The position numbers and the translations under genes were made by a program. The notes beneath the pieces were generated by a model. It saw nothing but the letters and a program-made list of their open reading frames with translations. It ran no database searches and was not told the origin of the DNA. From a virus, in the IMG/VR virus record IMGVR_UViG_3300030329_001359, positions 47,117 to 111,116 of that record: a stretch of DNA of 64,000 bases; one strand, 5' to 3'. This document shows, piece after piece, positions 28,309-36,643 of the stretch; position 1 is the first letter of the stretch, and the number at the start of each line of letters is the position of its first letter.

Positions 28309-28716
28309 ATGTCAAATCTCACACCTAACCCTATCTTGAACGTACTGCCTCAACTGGCTGCTATTAAAGAGATGGGCTCGCGGTTCCCTTCGTGGCCTAA
28401 AGTAATGAACCTTGCTAATCAATGCATGTATGCCCAAGCAGGCATAACAGTTCTTACGGATTCAATGGGTAACTCGTTTCAGGTTCCTCAGGCTCAACTA
28501 GCTCAGATACAAGGAGCTCAACCTCAGGCTCAACTGACTGCTGCCAATCAAGTAGCTGATACTACTGATGAGATTCAGGCTCTTAAAGCTGAAATCAATA
28601 AGACTCAGGGTAGAGCTCTACACAATGTTGAATCTAAGCTTAATGCTAGATTTGATAAGATTGAGAAGTTTCTTGAGTCTTTACCAACTGTACCAGTGGT
28701 ACCGGACTCCGCATAA
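28309..28716 (+). CDS. monocistronic early protein, Gln/Ala-rich with coiled coil
   Basis: AAGGAG RBS, own terminator, internal repeat CCTCAGGCTCAACT twice. Confidence 0.8.
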   Translation: MSNLTPNPILNVLPQLAAIKEMGSRFPSWPKVMNLANQCMYAQAGITVLTDSMGNSFQVPQAQLAQIQGAQPQAQLTAANQVADTTDEIQALKAEINKTQGRALHNVESKLNARFDKIEKFLESLPTVPVVPDSA

Positions 28717-28720
28717 GGCT

Positions 28721-28750
28721 AAAAGGGCCCCTTCGGGGGCTCTTTTTTTT
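28721..28750 (+). terminator. Rho-independent terminator
   Basis: AAAAGGGCCCC-TTCG-GGGGCTCTTTT plus T run. cUUCGg tetraloop. Confidence 0.9.
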
Positions 28751-28794
28751 AAGAAGTTCTTTGATATCTATCGCTTATACACCTGCAATGCTAC

Positions 28795-29023
28795 AGCAAC
28801 AGCAATATAATGCACCATTATAGTTGTATGCTACATATAATCTACTTTATATAGTACTTGTATTATACAAACATGGTCATGCAACATGCTCGTGTTGGTC
28901 ATGCATTCTAAGCTCAGTATGAATGCTATATCGAGTGTGCGTCCCCTGAGTTTCCGCTTAGTGTTGGAGAATCTAAGTATTGACAGACAGAGCGTCCAAA
29001 GGCTAGTGTCGAACCTACTAGCC
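28795..29023 (+). other. tandem array of hairpins in a non-coding gap
   Basis: TATAATG-CAC-CATTATA, TATAA..TTATA, TTGTA-TTA-TACAA, CAACAT..GTGTTG, GCATTC..GAATGC, GCTTAG..CTAAGT, GGCTAGT..ACTAGCC. Confidence 0.5.
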
Positions 29024-29048
29024 AAATCTTTATAGAATTTTTTATGAA

Positions 29049-29321
29049 ATGATTAAAAAAGGAACTGTTATGAGAAAAGCAAAGCTAATAAAAAAGGAAA
29101 AGAAAAAACTAAACGATAAACTTGCAGCTGAAGGTAGAACAAAGAATCAAAGAAGGAAGAAGAAGATGAAGGCTGCTGTTGATACTTATGATGGTCGTTT
29201 AGGTGCATTGAAAGGTGAAACACTTAGAGAAAAATATCTTCATATGCATAGATTGATTGGTGATGAGAACACAAGGCTTAAGAAAGAAGCTGAAGAGAAA
29301 GAATCAAAGAAAACTGAATAA
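29049..29321 (+). CDS. basic hypothetical early protein
   Basis: Probable start MRKAKL at 29070 after AAGGA. Confidence 0.7.
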   Translation: MIKKGTVMRKAKLIKKEKKKLNDKLAAEGRTKNQRRKKKMKAAVDTYDGRLGALKGETLREKYLHMHRLIGDENTRLKKEAEEKESKKTE

Positions 29322-29333
29322 GATTAAAAAGAT

Positions 29334-29402
29334 ATGCAGGGGTCTATCCATTTGTTACCCACAACTACTTGTATCATATGGACCAACCCTAGGCCCCTGT
29401 AT
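29334..29402 (+). ncRNA. structured intergenic RNA element
   Basis: 13-bp closing stem ATGCAGGGGTCTA/TAGGCCCCTGTAT with two G-U pairs. Inner TCCAT/ATGGA. Confidence 0.45.
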
Positions 29403-29436
29403 TTAACACATACTGAAATACCAAAAGGAGCACAAA

Positions 29437-29559
29437 ATGAGTATTGAAAAAGTAAACCATGTTAGCTATGCTGTTTGGGATAATATAGGCGGTTTTTGCT
29501 TATTTATAGGTACATTACAGCAATGCAGACAATATATAAAAGAATGCAAGGAGGAATAA
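29437..29559 (+). CDS. 40-aa hypothetical protein (not in ORF track)
   Basis: AAGGAG RBS. MSIEKVNHVSYAVWDNIGGFCLFIGTLQQCRQYIKECKEE. Confidence 0.7.
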   Translation: MSIEKVNHVSYAVWDNIGGFCLFIGTLQQCRQYIKECKEE

Positions 29560-29563
29560 AATA

Positions 29564-29962
29564 ATGATACTACCAAAAGTATTACATAAGGAGTTTCTTC
29601 ATTATTATAATGAGTGTGAAATAGCTGGATGTGAAAATGATACAGACTATTATAGTGAACTTGAAGTTCGAGTATGCTTTAATCATCAGGATAATTATTT
29701 TGAACAATATAAAATTCAAAAAGCAAAATGGGTATCCAGAGAAAGTCGTGCGAGTGAAAAACATGAAAAAGATATGAGAAATGCTAGTAAAGAGCTGGAT
29801 ATTTATCAAAAGAAACTTATATATGCTGAAAGAGATATAGAACGTTTAAAAGAAATAATATCAAGACCATTATGGTCCATTGCTAAAGACAGGATTATAA
29901 TTTTCTATTTAAAGCATATTAAAAGAGAAGAATTTAAAATAGCAATTAGAAAGGCTAAGTAA
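29564..29962 (+). CDS. hypothetical protein (Cys/His motif plus coiled coil)
   Basis: GGAGG RBS. CEIAGC...CFNH. Confidence 0.7.
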   Translation: MILPKVLHKEFLHYYNECEIAGCENDTDYYSELEVRVCFNHQDNYFEQYKIQKAKWVSRESRASEKHEKDMRNASKELDIYQKKLIYAERDIERLKEIISRPLWSIAKDRIIIFYLKHIKREEFKIAIRKAK

Positions 29963-29965
29963 TAC

Positions 29966-30178
29966 AAGGACGCTTGGGCGATGGTATGCCATAGCCAATT
30001 TGCCCTTTCTAAAAGAGGGTGTCAATGATGGTCGGAATGTTCTTTTACACAAACCTGAGGCAATTCGGCGGATTAAGGCACCCTCTGCTTTTCGCATCCC
30101 AGCAATGTCTTTAGAGAGTAGTACTAAGTCACGTGGATATGTAGTGCGCAAAAGGTCAGACCTCTCTCTTTAGATATT
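29966..30178 (+). ncRNA. GC-rich structured intergenic RNA element (~210 nt)
   Basis: AGAGGGTGTC/GGCACCCTCT stem within a long hairpin. Second hairpin AATGTCT-TT-AGAGAG/CTCTCT-TT-AGATATT. Confidence 0.55.
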
Positions 30179-30211
30179 CTAATAATAAATAATTGAATTA
30201 AAGGAGCAACA

Positions 30212-30457
30212 ATGTTAAAAAATAAAAATCTTAAAGAATTGATACCAATATTTCATAAAATATTTCAAATGTTATTTACTGAAATGAGAAATAGTGGAAT
30301 TAACGATGAAAGAGTTAAATGGTATGCTGATTCCATAGCTACTTTATTAAGCTTTACAATAGTTCTTATCTATGAAGATAAGGAAGAATTTGATAAATAT
30401 GTGAATGAACTTGATGATAGATATGATGATGAATTAGAACAAAAAGCAAGGGCTTAA
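30212..30457 (+). CDS. hypothetical protein
   Basis: AAGGAG RBS, intact ORF. Confidence 0.7.
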   Translation: MLKNKNLKELIPIFHKIFQMLFTEMRNSGINDERVKWYADSIATLLSFTIVLIYEDKEEFDKYVNELDDRYDDELEQKARA

Positions 30458-30466
30458 AGAAATATT

Positions 30467-30640
30467 ATGAAAAAAGAAAACAGATATCAAATAACAGTTA
30501 AAGAATTGCAAAAGAATGTAAAAGATAGAATAGTAGATGTATACACACAAGGCGATGTAACTGTTGTTGAAATACCTAATGGTAGGGTAAAAATTATGCC
30601 AGAACATAAAAAACCGAATGTTAAAAGGGGAAGCAAATGA
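30467..30640 (+). CDS. 57-aa hypothetical protein (not in ORF track)
   Basis: MKKENRYQITVKEL... fills the gap, ATGA overlap with next ORF. Confidence 0.6.
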   Translation: MKKENRYQITVKELQKNVKDRIVDVYTQGDVTVVEIPNGRVKIMPEHKKPNVKRGSK

Positions 30641-30891
30641 GTAAACAAAAACTATTTCCAAAACATAAAGATGATATAGAAATAAAACTTACGGAATGTT
30701 TAGAAAAAAAATATACTGACTTTAATGTAGAAGCAAAAGCAGTAAATCATGGATGGATACAAGCATTGAAATGGGTAAAAGGATATGATAATTTATTTAA
30801 AAATAATGATAAAGATGTTCCAGTAATAACTGGAGATAAAGATACGGATGCTTTATTGGAAGATGAAAGAATAGCTCAAGAAGAATTATGA
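30637..30891 (+). CDS. hypothetical protein
   Basis: GWIQALKWV motif, coupled ORF. Confidence 0.7.
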   Translation: MSKQKLFPKHKDDIEIKLTECLEKKYTDFNVEAKAVNHGWIQALKWVKGYDNLFKNNDKDVPVITGDKDTDALLEDERIAQEEL

Positions 30892-31166
30892 GTTATTATA
30901 ATCAATATTCTCCTATTACACCAATAGAATATAAGATAACTCTTTTATTGGTAATGGAAGGATATAAAAAAGATGACATACATTTTAGAAATGAACTTGG
31001 AAGTAAAAATAGATATCTAAGATGTGCATATTGGGAATACATCAAGACAGAAACATTAAAATATGTTGAAGAGCACGCCAATGTATCTTTTAATATGGAA
31101 GTCATAGAAGATAGTGATTGTTTAGATAAATATTGTTATAAATATAAAATAAAAGGAGATGTATAA
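30888..31166 (+). CDS. hypothetical protein
   Basis: Coupled ORF in early operon. Confidence 0.65.
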   Translation: MSYYNQYSPITPIEYKITLLLVMEGYKKDDIHFRNELGSKNRYLRCAYWEYIKTETLKYVEEHANVSFNMEVIEDSDCLDKYCYKYKIKGDV

Positions 31167-31678
31167 TGGGATTTGATTTATATGGAATGAATCCACAAGA
31201 AAATACAAAAAAACCAGCTATATTAGAAAAGCCTTGGTGGGAATGTGAAACAAACAAAGAAAAAGAAAATCATTCTATTGCTTTAAATGAATATGAAAAA
31301 CAGAATCCAGGTGTTTATTTTAGATTAAATAATTGGGGATGGAGACCTCTTTGGGGATTTATTTATGCATCTTGTGATGATATATTAACTGAAAAAGATT
31401 ACGATAATGGCCATGCTAATTCGGGTCATCGTATATCAAAAACAAAAGCAACAAGAATATCAAAAAGACTGCAAAAACTTGACAAATTAGGAATACTTGA
31501 AACATATCAAAATGAAGTTATAGATATTATTGAAAAAGCTGAAAAGAAAAATAAAAAGCTTAAATTATCTGTATCAGATAAAGAATACGACTGGGCGGCC
31601 CACTATCCATTTCGTAGAGATTGGGTGGTTGAATTTGCTAACTTCTGTGAGCAATCCGGAGGGTTTGAAATATGTTGA
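31166..31678 (+). CDS. conserved-looking phage hypothetical protein
   Basis: MGFDLYG...YFR.N.WGWRPLW...F.NFC..SGGFEIC motif. Confidence 0.75.
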   Translation: MGFDLYGMNPQENTKKPAILEKPWWECETNKEKENHSIALNEYEKQNPGVYFRLNNWGWRPLWGFIYASCDDILTEKDYDNGHANSGHRISKTKATRISKRLQKLDKLGILETYQNEVIDIIEKAEKKNKKLKLSVSDKEYDWAAHYPFRRDWVVEFANFCEQSGGFEIC

Positions 31679-31682
31679 CCGC

Positions 31683-31711
31683 TTGACAAATAAACTGATT
31701 TAAAGTAAATT
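31683..31711 (+). promoter_or_regulatory. sigma70-like promoter for recombination/replication genes
   Basis: TTGACA-N17-TAAATT followed by AAGGAG. Confidence 0.65.
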
Positions 31712-31728
31712 CTATACATCAAAAGGAG

Positions 31729-32532
31729 TTGATATTGTTGAACTTAGAGACAATATATGATGACTACCTTGAAAGGCTCCAAGAAGAGCGTAAAAAAGAA
31801 TATAAAGAATACGAAGAATGGTTTTCAGGTTCATCTGCTGGAAGTTGCTATAAAAAGCAATGGTACAAAATCAAGCAATTTGAGCCTGAACCATTTGACC
31901 TAAGAACTAAAAGACTACTAAGACTTGGTACTATAGTTCATGCTGATATAGAAAAAGCAATATCTGAAGCAGAGCCTGCTGATGGTGTTGAGGTCCTACT
32001 TGAGCATGAAATAAAGATAGATGAATGGAATGTAGTTGGACACTTAGACCACTGTTTCCTAAGAAGAGATGGTGATAAGATTGAAATGTATGTTAGTGAT
32101 TTAAAAACACTCGCTGCATTCAGTTGGACAAGTAAGTTCGGAAGGAAAGCTAAAAAGCAAAGTATTAATATGATTCCTACGTTTGGACATTATGAGCTTC
32201 AAGTAGCAACATATGCATTAGGAATGTTAAAAAGTGTTATGCCTGAACTACCCAATTTTAATAGTGGAGACCATATTCATTATGAAATTGATAACTTGAA
32301 AGATAATATTTCTATCAACATAGTTTGGTATAATAAGAATGATTCAAAAATGAAGACAGTAGAAATATCTACAGAAGCATTACATGCTGCTATAGCATAT
32401 TGGAATGATTTAAATGATTTTATAAATGAAGATAAAAACATTGAATCAATACCACCAGATGGAGCTATAGGTATACCAATGCAAGGATGGGAATGTAAAT
32501 ACTGTCAATATAAGAAACATTGTATTAAATAA
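31729..32532 (+). CDS. Cas4-like PD-(D/E)XK exonuclease with Fe-S cysteines
   Basis: SAGSC, GTIVH, GHLD, DLKT, QxxxY and C-terminal CKYC...C. Confidence 0.85.
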   Translation: MILLNLETIYDDYLERLQEERKKEYKEYEEWFSGSSAGSCYKKQWYKIKQFEPEPFDLRTKRLLRLGTIVHADIEKAISEAEPADGVEVLLEHEIKIDEWNVVGHLDHCFLRRDGDKIEMYVSDLKTLAAFSWTSKFGRKAKKQSINMIPTFGHYELQVATYALGMLKSVMPELPNFNSGDHIHYEIDNLKDNISINIVWYNKNDSKMKTVEISTEALHAAIAYWNDLNDFINEDKNIESIPPDGAIGIPMQGWECKYCQYKKHCIK

Positions 32533-32543
32533 AAGGAAGACAA

Positions 32544-33158
32544 ATGGCAAAAAAAGATAATAAGATAGCTGTTCTAAATGAACAATCTATACAAAATATA
32601 GAAAGTCGTAGAGAGCATCATTCTTATCATAAGACTGTGAGTAATATGAAAACTCCACAGAAATATATAAAACAAAAGATGGGCCTTGATTATGTAGAGT
32701 ATGGATATATGAGAGACCTAGCTGATAAGTTTTATCCTGGGTGGAGTTGGACAATCATAAGATGTGCAGCTTTAGGAAGTGAAGCATATGAAGTTCATGG
32801 TAGACTTAAATGGTTTGATAATGGTATATGGAGAGAAGGTGATTGTATTGCAGCTCATAGAATACAGAAGAAAAGAGGTTCTGATGAGTTTGTAGACGTT
32901 GGAAATGATTTAAAAGCCGCTAATACAGATACTATTAAGAAAGCATTTAATATGTATATGAACATCGCTGATGATATTTATCGTAATCAGATTGACGAAT
33001 ATGAATTAGAGAAAAGTCAGATACAACAGTTACTTGATAGTGCTGGTAATGTAGATGAAGATACTCAAACTATTATTGCTGAGAAGATAGATACTAGAGA
33101 AATAAATGCATATAACTTTGAACAATCATTAGAAAAGCTAAAGGAAATGAATAAATGA
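32544..33158 (+). CDS. sak: Sak/Rad52-family single-strand annealing protein
   Basis: LDYVE..Y...L....PGWSW...LKAA.TD..KKA motif. Follows the exonuclease. Confidence 0.75.
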   Translation: MAKKDNKIAVLNEQSIQNIESRREHHSYHKTVSNMKTPQKYIKQKMGLDYVEYGYMRDLADKFYPGWSWTIIRCAALGSEAYEVHGRLKWFDNGIWREGDCIAAHRIQKKRGSDEFVDVGNDLKAANTDTIKKAFNMYMNIADDIYRNQIDEYELEKSQIQQLLDSAGNVDEDTQTIIAEKIDTREINAYNFEQSLEKLKEMNK

Positions 33159-33439
33159 AAAGTATAAATAATTATGGAGAGATTCATTCTCTTCTACATG
33201 AAGATGAAGTTTATACAGTAGGAACGAATGACGGAAAAGAATTTAGGAGAGTAGTATACAAAGGAACAAAACTCTTAAATGGAAAGTCTATGATGGTATT
33301 TAAAACAGAAGACAATAGTCGATTGACAATAAATCCATCATTTCACACTTTCACAATAGAAGAACATCCATTACCTCAACCTGAGGACTTTGAAAGTAAA
33401 GTGGATGTTTACATTGAAAATAAAACAAAGGAGAAGTAA
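33155..33439 (+). CDS. hypothetical protein
   Basis: Coupled ORF. Confidence 0.7.
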   Translation: MKSINNYGEIHSLLHEDEVYTVGTNDGKEFRRVVYKGTKLLNGKSMMVFKTEDNSRLTINPSFHTFTIEEHPLPQPEDFESKVDVYIENKTKEK

Positions 33440-33442
33440 GGC

Positions 33443-33709
33443 ATGGGCCGATTAACAATAAAGGAAGTAGACGAACTAAAAAAAGCTGGTGTTCTTGATA
33501 GTAAAGCTGTAAAAGAGCTTGAAAGTAAGAATCTTGTAGGCACTAGAACTCGTGGAACTAAGTATTATTTTAAGAATGGTAAAGGGAAAGTACATCCTCA
33601 ACTATACTTTAAAGGGCTTGGTAAAAAGACAAAGCCATCTAAGGAAATGTCAACATTTAGGCAAGAGTTTAATAAACTGCTTGATAAATACGCAACTAAA
33701 GAACAGTAA
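33443..33709 (+). CDS. basic hypothetical protein
   Basis: AAGGAG RBS, intact ORF. Confidence 0.7.
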   Translation: MGRLTIKEVDELKKAGVLDSKAVKELESKNLVGTRTRGTKYYFKNGKGKVHPQLYFKGLGKKTKPSKEMSTFRQEFNKLLDKYATKEQ

Positions 33710-33717
33710 TTGGAGTA

Positions 33718-34293
33718 TTGATGAAACAATTTGATGCAACGTTTGACGATGGAAAAGATGGATATCAGTCTGCTAACCCAGGCAAATATCCAGCTCATGT
33801 TTCAGGCTTTGATGTTAGAACATTTGAATCAGGAAGCAAGGTTTTCAATATTGAATTCACACTTGCTGAAGAATGTAAGAACATGAAAGTTCATAAACAT
33901 ATAAGAAATGGAAATGAATACGAACCATGTTTTCATAAAAATGAAGACCCTGAAAAGATTTCAGCTGGATTCATGAGTGGTAAGAAGTATTTCTCAGCAG
34001 GCGTATGGTTAACACCTAACTTACCTAAAGACCAAGGATGGAAAAACAGAACATATAAGGAATTCTTTACTAATATAGGTATTGAATTTCCAACTAACGA
34101 AAGTGGCACTATTGAATTACAAGAAGTAGAAGAAGAAGATGTAATTGGTATGCCATCTCTTGTTAATGTTCAACCATATTCATATACAAATAAAGATGGA
34201 AGTGAAAAAACAACTTTAAGAGTAATGAATGTGTTTCCTTGGAATGATGGATCTCGTAAAGAACCACCTAAGGATACTGACGTACCATTCTAA
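33718..34293 (+). CDS. single-stranded DNA-binding protein-like (DUF669-type)
   Basis: PGKYPAHV N-terminal motif and acidic C-tail DTDVPF. In the exonuclease-SSAP module. Confidence 0.7.
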   Translation: MMKQFDATFDDGKDGYQSANPGKYPAHVSGFDVRTFESGSKVFNIEFTLAEECKNMKVHKHIRNGNEYEPCFHKNEDPEKISAGFMSGKKYFSAGVWLTPNLPKDQGWKNRTYKEFFTNIGIEFPTNESGTIELQEVEEEDVIGMPSLVNVQPYSYTNKDGSEKTTLRVMNVFPWNDGSRKEPPKDTDVPF

Positions 34294-34389
34294 ATGAACA
34301 ATATACTAAGGGCTAAAGTGGATAACTTAAAAGGGTGCATCTGTTCTTTTAGGTTGGCTGGAGGTTCCTGCCATGCCCTTAGTTCATTT
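34292..34389 (+). ncRNA. three-way-junction intergenic RNA element
   Basis: ACTAAGGGC/GCCCTTAGT closing stem. Inner AACTTAAAAGG/TCTTTTAGGTT and TGGC-TGGA..TCCT-GCCA. Confidence 0.5.
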
Positions 34390-34409
34390 TGTTTTTATAA
34401 AGGAGAATT

Positions 34410-34805
34410 ATGGATTGGGTAATAAGAAGATTAAGTAGAAAGGTTTCTTCTTCTAGGAATAAATCTAATAGTAGAAATAGCAACTTAAAGGAATCTAAGA
34501 GACTTAAACTTTGCAATATGTGTAAAAATGTATGGGAAATATCTCATACTGGAACCACGATGTATTATAATTCATTCCCTACATACAAACTTGAAAGAAG
34601 ATTATGTAGAAAATGTATAGGAGTTATCATGAAAAGAAAAGAATTAATAGATGAAATGGAAGAACATATATATGATTTAGGATGGGAAAGAGATAGAATG
34701 ACAAGTAGTGGAACTGAAACATTAGATAAAATGGAAAAACTTTTAATTAAAATAAAAAGAGAGGTTAGAAATGCCGAGAAAAAAGAGAAAGAATATTCCA
34801 AATAA
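34410..34805 (+). CDS. Zn-finger hypothetical protein
   Basis: CNMC...CRKC. AAGGAG RBS. Confidence 0.65.
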   Translation: MDWVIRRLSRKVSSSRNKSNSRNSNLKESKRLKLCNMCKNVWEISHTGTTMYYNSFPTYKLERRLCRKCIGVIMKRKELIDEMEEHIYDLGWERDRMTSSGTETLDKMEKLLIKIKREVRNAEKKEKEYSK

Positions 34806-34884
34806 CTTTCGAGGAAAAGAAGATAGATTCTGGACCAAGATAGTTAAAGGATTAAAGAAATTCTTAGAATCTCCATTTAAGTAG
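34771..34884 (+). CDS. 37-aa basic amphipathic peptide (not in ORF track)
   Basis: GAGG RBS. MPRKKRKNIPNNFRGKEDRFWTKIVKGLKKFLESPFK. Confidence 0.55.
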   Translation: MPRKKRKNIPNNFRGKEDRFWTKIVKGLKKFLESPFK

Positions 34885-34886
34885 TC

Positions 34887-35078
34887 ATGCCTAAAGCATC
34901 TACATTAATGAAAGCAAAAAGGATGTCATGTTGTCCATTATGCCTTAATGTTATACCAAAAGGTACCAACATAAAAGTATATAGTAACGCATGGTATCAC
35001 CCTAAATGCTGTGATGAGATAATCAGAGCAGTAGAATCAAAAAAGAAACTAAAAGAAAGGAATAGTTATGCCACATAA
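34887..35078 (+). CDS. small Zn-finger protein (PARP-type-like CxxC...HxxC)
   Basis: CPLC...I.KG...WYHPKC. Confidence 0.65.
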   Translation: MPKASTLMKAKRMSCCPLCLNVIPKGTNIKVYSNAWYHPKCCDEIIRAVESKKKLKERNSYAT

Positions 35079-35283
35079 ATATACTAAAGTGGGTTCAGGT
35101 AATGCATTTAAAAACAAAGAAACTGATGGAAATAGACCTCCATATTCAGGTAATAAGTTTGAACTTGAATTAGGTGGTGAAAAATATGAATTGCAATTAG
35201 CTATATGGCCCGGTAAAGCAAAGAATGGTAATGAATATCTTAGAGCTGTATTAACACAAGTAGAGGAGATTCAAGGTGAGTGA
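35068..35283 (+). CDS. small OB-fold-like protein (DUF736-like)
   Basis: FKN....RPPYSG...LAIW......YL pattern. Confidence 0.55.
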   Translation: MPHKYTKVGSGNAFKNKETDGNRPPYSGNKFELELGGEKYELQLAIWPGKAKNGNEYLRAVLTQVEEIQGE

Positions 35284-35611
35284 TTTTACAGTAAGAGTAA
35301 GAAATGAAAGACAGAACTTGAGAGATAGAATTGAATGGTTAGAAAAAGGAATGAAAGAAATAATTAACCATTATAGTTACAATACAGTTCCAAGAGAAGT
35401 AAGAGACATTGCTAAATCATATCTTGATGGGGAACCTACAACTGCAGATGAATTCAACCCAAAATTAGAAGACCAACAAATGGAAGGTATTCAATTAAAG
35501 GAAGAATTAGAATCTGAATATGATAATCTAAATGCTGAAATGGAAGAAGGGTATGACGATATTGAGAAATTTAGAGAAGACCATCTAACAATAATAGAGG
35601 AAGAAGAATGA
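35276..35611 (+). CDS. acidic hypothetical protein
   Basis: Coupled ORF, Glu-rich. Confidence 0.65.
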   Translation: MSDFTVRVRNERQNLRDRIEWLEKGMKEIINHYSYNTVPREVRDIAKSYLDGEPTTADEFNPKLEDQQMEGIQLKEELESEYDNLNAEMEEGYDDIEKFREDHLTIIEEEE

Positions 35612-35859
35612 ATAAAAAAAAATGGTTAAATCAAAATGTAATGGTTGATGAATGGGGTAGACCTCCTTCATTGGCAGACGTTCCATTAACCGTTATGAGT
35701 AGAACAGAAATGTTTAAAAAAAGAAATATGGACAAAAAAGAAATAGATAGAATATGGAATGTAATGAAAGAATATGGTTCAGATAAAACAGATTTTAATA
35801 AAGACCTACTTTTTGATAGAAAAAAAGGTACTTATTATTATAAAAAGGAGAAGAAATGA
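35608..35859 (+). CDS. hypothetical protein
   Basis: Coupled ORF. Confidence 0.65.
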   Translation: MNKKKWLNQNVMVDEWGRPPSLADVPLTVMSRTEMFKKRNMDKKEIDRIWNVMKEYGSDKTDFNKDLLFDRKKGTYYYKKEKK

Positions 35860-35993
35860 TACAAGCATTAGCAGAAGTAATACGGATGTTTGGAGAATTG
35901 GTATCTTACATAGTTCTAAGTGGAGTTGGTCTCTTCTTATTAGCAATGTCATTGGTGATATTTAAAGACTACAAAGGGAGGAACGATGGATAA
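35856..35993 (+). CDS. small membrane protein (not in ORF track)
   Basis: AAGGAG RBS. MIQALAEVIRMFGELVSYIVLSGVGLFLLAMSLVIFKDY... Confidence 0.6.
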   Translation: MIQALAEVIRMFGELVSYIVLSGVGLFLLAMSLVIFKDYKGRNDG

Positions 35994-36165
35994 ATTTTCA
36001 AGGAATGAAGTATTCTTATATCTTGAACAATTAAGAGATTCAGGTGAGACAAATATGTGGGGAGCCGCTCCATACTTAGAAAAACATTTTGAGATTGATA
36101 AAAAAACAGCAAAAGAATGGCTGTTGAAATGGATAAAAAGTTACAATAAAGGAGTAGAAGAATGA
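35986..36165 (+). CDS. 59-aa protein with LRDSGxTNM motif (DUF5049-like; not in ORF track)
   Basis: GGAGG RBS. YLEQLRDSGETNMWGAAPYL. Confidence 0.7.
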   Translation: MDKFSRNEVFLYLEQLRDSGETNMWGAAPYLEKHFEIDKKTAKEWLLKWIKSYNKGVEE

Positions 36166-36338
36166 GATATTACTGGGAAGTTCTATTTAGTACTGAATAC
36201 TTTCCATATTGGGAGTTCACAATGCTTATGATGTTAGCATTACAACTCAGCCAACTATGGAGACTTCATAGAATAGAAAATAAAATAGAAAGAGATAACG
36301 AATTGTTGCATCATATAATAGATGAAGTAGAGTTATAA
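36162..36338 (+). CDS. small membrane protein (not in ORF track)
   Basis: AAGGAG RBS. MRYYWEVLF...TMLMMLALQL... Confidence 0.55.
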   Translation: MRYYWEVLFSTEYFPYWEFTMLMMLALQLSQLWRLHRIENKIERDNELLHHIIDEVEL

Positions 36339-36434
36339 ATGAATTTAGTAATTAACATAATATTAATATTAGCATTGTGTTTTGTATTTGTATACGGACT
36401 ATCTATGCTAATGTTTGATGAGGAGGAAGAATGA
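36339..36434 (+). CDS. 31-aa membrane peptide (not in ORF track)
   Basis: MNLVINIILILALCFVFVYGLSMLMFDEEEE, ATGA-coupled to the next ORF. Confidence 0.5.
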   Translation: MNLVINIILILALCFVFVYGLSMLMFDEEEE

Positions 36435-36643
36435 GTAAAATGTCATGGATAAGTTATCTGTGTGAATCTGGTAACACAAAAGAGTTAATAGAAGAGGTCG
36501 GTGAAGAACTTGCCAACCAATTCTTACATGCTCATAATCAAATGAGAGATAACAGAGACAACCCTGCATATGATAAATTGAATGAAATTCATGATGAAAT
36601 GCAAAAAGAGGCAAAGAATGAAAGAATCGTCAGCAACGATTAA
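36431..36643 (+). CDS. hypothetical protein
   Basis: GGAGG RBS. Confidence 0.65.
   Translation: MSKMSWISYLCESGNTKELIEEVGEELANQFLHAHNQMRDNRDNPAYDKLNEIHDEMQKEAKNERIVSND

Noticed and set aside
28995-29026. tRNA-like 3' end (GTCGAA loop, ...GCCA)
   Set aside because: No D arm, anticodon arm or 7-bp acceptor stem can be built. It is only a single hairpin.
28991-29974. Long-range complement AGCGTCC / GGACGCT between two structured elements
   Set aside because: Only 7 bp over ~1 kb, compatible with chance. The downstream copy already has a local partner.
31729-32532. Cas4-like gene as evidence of a CRISPR-Cas system
   Set aside because: No repeat-spacer array or other cas genes. It sits with Sak and SSB as a normal phage recombination exonuclease.
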